26,151 nt of DNA from a virus (Duplodnaviria; Heunggongvirae; Uroviricota; Caudoviricetes), in IMG/VR virus record IMGVR_UViG_3300029288_000128, positions 1-26,151 of that record. One strand, written 5' to 3'. The notes beneath the pieces were generated by a model that was given only the letters and a program-made list of their open reading frames with translations, was not told the DNA's origin and searched no databases. A program made the position numbers and the translations under genes. The stretch's first letter is position 1. The number at the start of each line of letters is the position of its first letter. This document shows positions 23,203 through 26,151 of this stretch, piece after piece.

Positions 23203-26151
23203 ATGGAGTTACAAAATAAATATCATGTATTCCTTGATTATAAAGGATACATGATCGAGCCAACTACTTATAGATCTGCTCCTGCGCCACTGCTGGGAAG
23301 CAAGTTTTCTATGGGGAGGCCATCATACTCCGAGCTCGACTTCTGGCAGATTGGTGGTATGACAGATTTTTCACATGGAATCAACCAAAAGTTCATGGTT
23401 GATCCTGCAAGACTTTTCAATTCCGTAGGTTTAGATTTATCTAAGCCAGGAGAAATGCGTCTTGAAAAAGATTTGCAAGCATACACAATGCCAGCGACAT
23501 CAACCAACATAACTGCTCACTATAGAACTCTCACCAAACTTTATATAGGCGATGACAGCGGAAAAATCTGGTCCACTACTACCGGATCGGCTTTTTATTT
23601 TGAACACGATACGCAAGAAGATAAAATCTACAGTTTCTATGAATGCGAAAAGAAACTCTTTGCCGCATGCGGATCAGGAAACACATGGGTTAATACCGAT
23701 CCTGACAACTCAACAACCTGGACAAAGATATCAGACGCGATCAAAGTAGATGGTCTTTATAAGCCAGGAGAAACCATGACTCCATCTATAACCAAGAGTA
23801 TCTACAGTACATTCGCTGTCTGCCAACAGATCAAACCAGTAATGAGCAGCGAAACTTTCAATACATTAAAGATCTATTTGAAAAAAGAAGGATCACCGAC
23901 AAACGATCTAGTTATAAATATTTACCCTGAGTCAGCGTTGACCCCAGGATACCCGGACCTAGATGCTACATCTCTAGCTACATACACGTTAGCTCCGGCA
24001 GAAGTAAGCGCTACCGCTGGATATCAAGAATTCTCCCCAGACGGATCAGCAGATTATACACTGAATGCTAAAGTCAATTACTTTACTGTGGCAACTTCAT
24101 CAGGCGGAGACAGTTCTAATTGTTACAAGTGGTATTATGTCAACGGCCCAAGAGCACAATACGCATATGGCGGAGAACTGGAAACAGATCTATTGCAGAT
24201 GACAACGCCGGCCGCATTGTCTGGCGGATACTATTCTGAAGACATTGCCAGCTCAGCCAATGTACAAATACAAGCTTGCCAAAGTTTTACGCCTACAGTC
24301 ACATCAGATAAATTCTATGCCGTGTCATTAATGCTGGGTAAAACTCTGAGCCCTCTCAAGAATCTAATCGTTACAATAGAAGGAGACAATGCTGGGAAAC
24401 CAGATGGCAGCCCGATCATAACCTATACGGTAGACTCAAGTCTTGTAGACAATAGTTTTAGATGGGTTGAGAAAAAGGCTACGACAACATTCCAATTATT
24501 GTCAGGTGTTACGTATTGGGTGAGAGCCAAATGTACAGAAGCTCCTGTCACTGGCAACTTCTATAACTGGGCCAGGAACACGGCATCAGTTTATCCTAAT
24601 GGTACAGCGATGCTTACCACAGACGGCGGAACTACATGGTCAACACAGAACTGGGACTTTGCATTCAAAGTAAAAACTACTCCTGAATGGAAGGCCAATG
24701 AATTCGAGAACATGTTGATGACAATCAAGAGTGATACAGTGACTGATCTATACTATGTGCATAATAACTCCGATGTAATATTCGGATGGTTTGACGATGG
24801 TGTCAGACAAAGCATAGATGGATACAACTGGATACCAGAGCCACCAGATCCTTTATGGGTTATGCCATCAGGTGAAGGCACGACTCTTAATGCTATCTCA
24901 ATACCCAGAGGATTCCTGTCTGGGTCACAACGCGGTTTATGGATGTTTGCCGGCGGTGGATCTGGATATAACATCTGGAAGTTCCCTGACTATACAAGCA
25001 CGTCCAATTTCAGAGGCATGGACTCATGGAGTTATTTCGGAATCTTTTCAGTAGAAGAACAAGGAGTTTATTTTACAGAAGGTTCAAGCGTGTTCCCATC
25101 CAACCTCACCTACCTTGAAGAAGGATTTACTTTCAAATCATGTAGATTTATATACGCGTCAGCCAATGACGCCTACGCTATAGTTAGTAACGACGGATCG
25201 ACTTGGTACTTGGCGAGATGCAACATGAGTCTTACTCCTAAGCCAATGTATTGGTGGCTCGTTAAGCAATTGACGAAGATACCGGTTCACATGGCAGCTT
25301 GGGATGACCAAAAGATAATTGTATTCTATAGTGACAACACAGCAGAATATTTTGATAAGACTGCAAACTATTATGTAGATTCTGGTTACTTCGAAACACC
25401 TTGGATAGACGAAGGTATGATTAGACTACAAAAATTATATAGTAGTCTATCATTGCTATTTGATTCTTCACCATCAGGAACATCATCAACCATAGGGTAT
25501 AAGATGAATACCGGAGATAGTTATATCACATCATCAGCCTTTGCTGGAGCCGGTAATGAAGCTGTTTATGAGCTAGCCAATCCTACTCTAGGAAACAAGA
25601 TAATGATCAAGGGTACATTGAACGGCAAGACTGGAGATAAGACAGTGACACCTGTTGTTACTGATGTCACCTGGAAGTTCATACTTCAGTCTCCAAGCGA
25701 AGACACTACTACACAGAAAACATATTCGTTCATGGTAATAGGTGAGGATTGGATTGAACAAAATACAGGAGAAGTTCAAGAGTTCGGGCTATTAAGTCCT
25801 CGCACTCGCAGAGATTTGATGTCTGATCTTTGGGCTTCAACAGCCAAGAAGCAAATTCTTAACTACATAGATGCCGATAACAAAAGTGAAATCGGTCTTG
25901 AGATAGACTACGTAGGGACTGGCGCTTCCTGTATTCTTACGGTAGACAGAACTAATTTCACAATATCAACAGCAATAGATGGAGTAGCCGGAGTAAGCTA
26001 TGATTACGAAAATAAAACATTGGCAGAAGTAGCCACCTATTTTAACAATCTTGCAGACTATACTTGCAATGTCCATCAGGATCAACTGACAACCAGAACA
26101 GCACATGACATGGAACCAAGAAATGATTTAGAAATAAAGGGTGGAGCCTAT
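23203..26151 (+). CDS. Tail nozzle / tail tubular protein B-like structural protein with two inserted beta-sandwich domains (3' end runs off the window)
   Basis: Not in track (no stop before the window end). Manual translation is open for 983 codons: MELQNKYHVFLDYKGYMIEPTTY...FWQIGGMTDFSHGINQ...LYIGDDSGKIW...SGYFETPWID...; beta-propeller-like W/G/D repeats; position after the adaptor-like gene. Confidence 0.8.
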   Translation, partial: MELQNKYHVFLDYKGYMIEPTTYRSAPAPLLGSKFSMGRPSYSELDFWQIGGMTDFSHGINQKFMVDPARLFNSVGLDLSKPGEMRLEKDLQAYTMPATSTNITAHYRTLTKLYIGDDSGKIWSTTTGSAFYFEHDTQEDKIYSFYECEKKLFAACGSGNTWVNTDPDNSTTWTKISDAIKVDGLYKPGETMTPSITKSIYSTFAVCQQIKPVMSSETFNTLKIYLKKEGSPTNDLVINIYPESALTPGYPDLDATSLATYTLAPAEVSATAGYQEFSPDGSADYTLNAKVNYFTVATSSGGDSSNCYKWYYVNGPRAQYAYGGELETDLLQMTTPAALSGGYYSEDIASSANVQIQACQSFTPTVTSDKFYAVSLMLGKTLSPLKNLIVTIEGDNAGKPDGSPIITYTVDSSLVDNSFRWVEKKATTTFQLLSGVTYWVRAKCTEAPVTGNFYNWARNTASVYPNGTAMLTTDGGTTWSTQNWDFAFKVKTTPEWKANEFENMLMTIKSDTVTDLYYVHNNSDVIFGWFDDGVRQSIDGYNWIPEPPDPLWVMPSGEGTTLNAISIPRGFLSGSQRGLWMFAGGGSGYNIWKFPDYTSTSNFRGMDSWSYFGIFSVEEQGVYFTEGSSVFPSNLTYLEEGFTFKSCRFIYASANDAYAIVSNDGSTWYLARCNMSLTPKPMYWWLVKQLTKIPVHMAAWDDQKIIVFYSDNTAEYFDKTANYYVDSGYFETPWIDEGMIRLQKLYSSLSLLFDSSPSGTSSTIGYKMNTGDSYITSSAFAGAGNEAVYELANPTLGNKIMIKGTLNGKTGDKTVTPVVTDVTWKFILQSPSEDTTTQKTYSFMVIGEDWIEQNTGEVQEFGLLSPRTRRDLMSDLWASTAKKQILNYIDADNKSEIGLEIDYVGTGASCILTVDRTNFTISTAIDGVAGVSYDYENKTLAEVATYFNNLADYTCNVHQDQLTTRTAHDMEPRNDLEIKGGAY

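Larger units (their letters stand above)
1..26151. mobile_element. Segment of a tailed dsDNA bacteriophage genome (podovirus-like virion module plus accessory/early region)
   Basis: Phage-type ATP-dependent ligase, dense small hypothetical ORFs, strand switch, and giant virion protein followed by adaptor-like and nozzle-like genes. No host housekeeping genes or integrase seen. Confidence 0.92.

Noticed and set aside
23268-25779. Short track ORFs (23268, 23552, 24753, 24818, 25588)
   Set aside because: All overlap the continuous frame-1 ORF from 23203 to the window end.
1-26151. Stop-codon recoding
   Set aside because: Long ORFs are open in code 11, and TAG (7656, 22775) and TGA (2556) appear to serve as real stops at gene junctions.

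Overview
This window is a segment of a dsDNA tailed phage genome with podovirus-type architecture, read in genetic code 11. The left arm (1 to about 5.7 kb, minus strand) holds an ATP-dependent DNA ligase and about 17 small accessory ORFs, several organised as terminator-promoter-gene cassettes. A non-coding strand-switch region of about 1 kb (5653-6622) contains divergent promoter candidates and dense plus-strand RNA-like secondary structure. The right arm (plus strand) encodes an RNase HI, a 50-aa stand-alone NrdD-type glycyl-radical peptide missing from the ORF track, a 141-aa ORF and a structured spacer of about 240 nt. These are followed by a 4731-aa giant virion/ejection-type protein with three LysM-like segments, a putative head-tail adaptor, a 131-aa ORF, and a tail nozzle-like ORF (23203 to the window end, also missing from the track). 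Two repeated non-coding motif families stand out: a bipartite promoter-like element (4 copies) and a 16-bp GTGAA-N6-TTCAC palindrome (5 intergenic copies). The start codons I inspected lack Shine-Dalgarno sequences while promoters are sigma70-like, which suggests, by inference only, a Patescibacteria/CPR-like host. All family calls come from reading motifs by eye; no database search was run.
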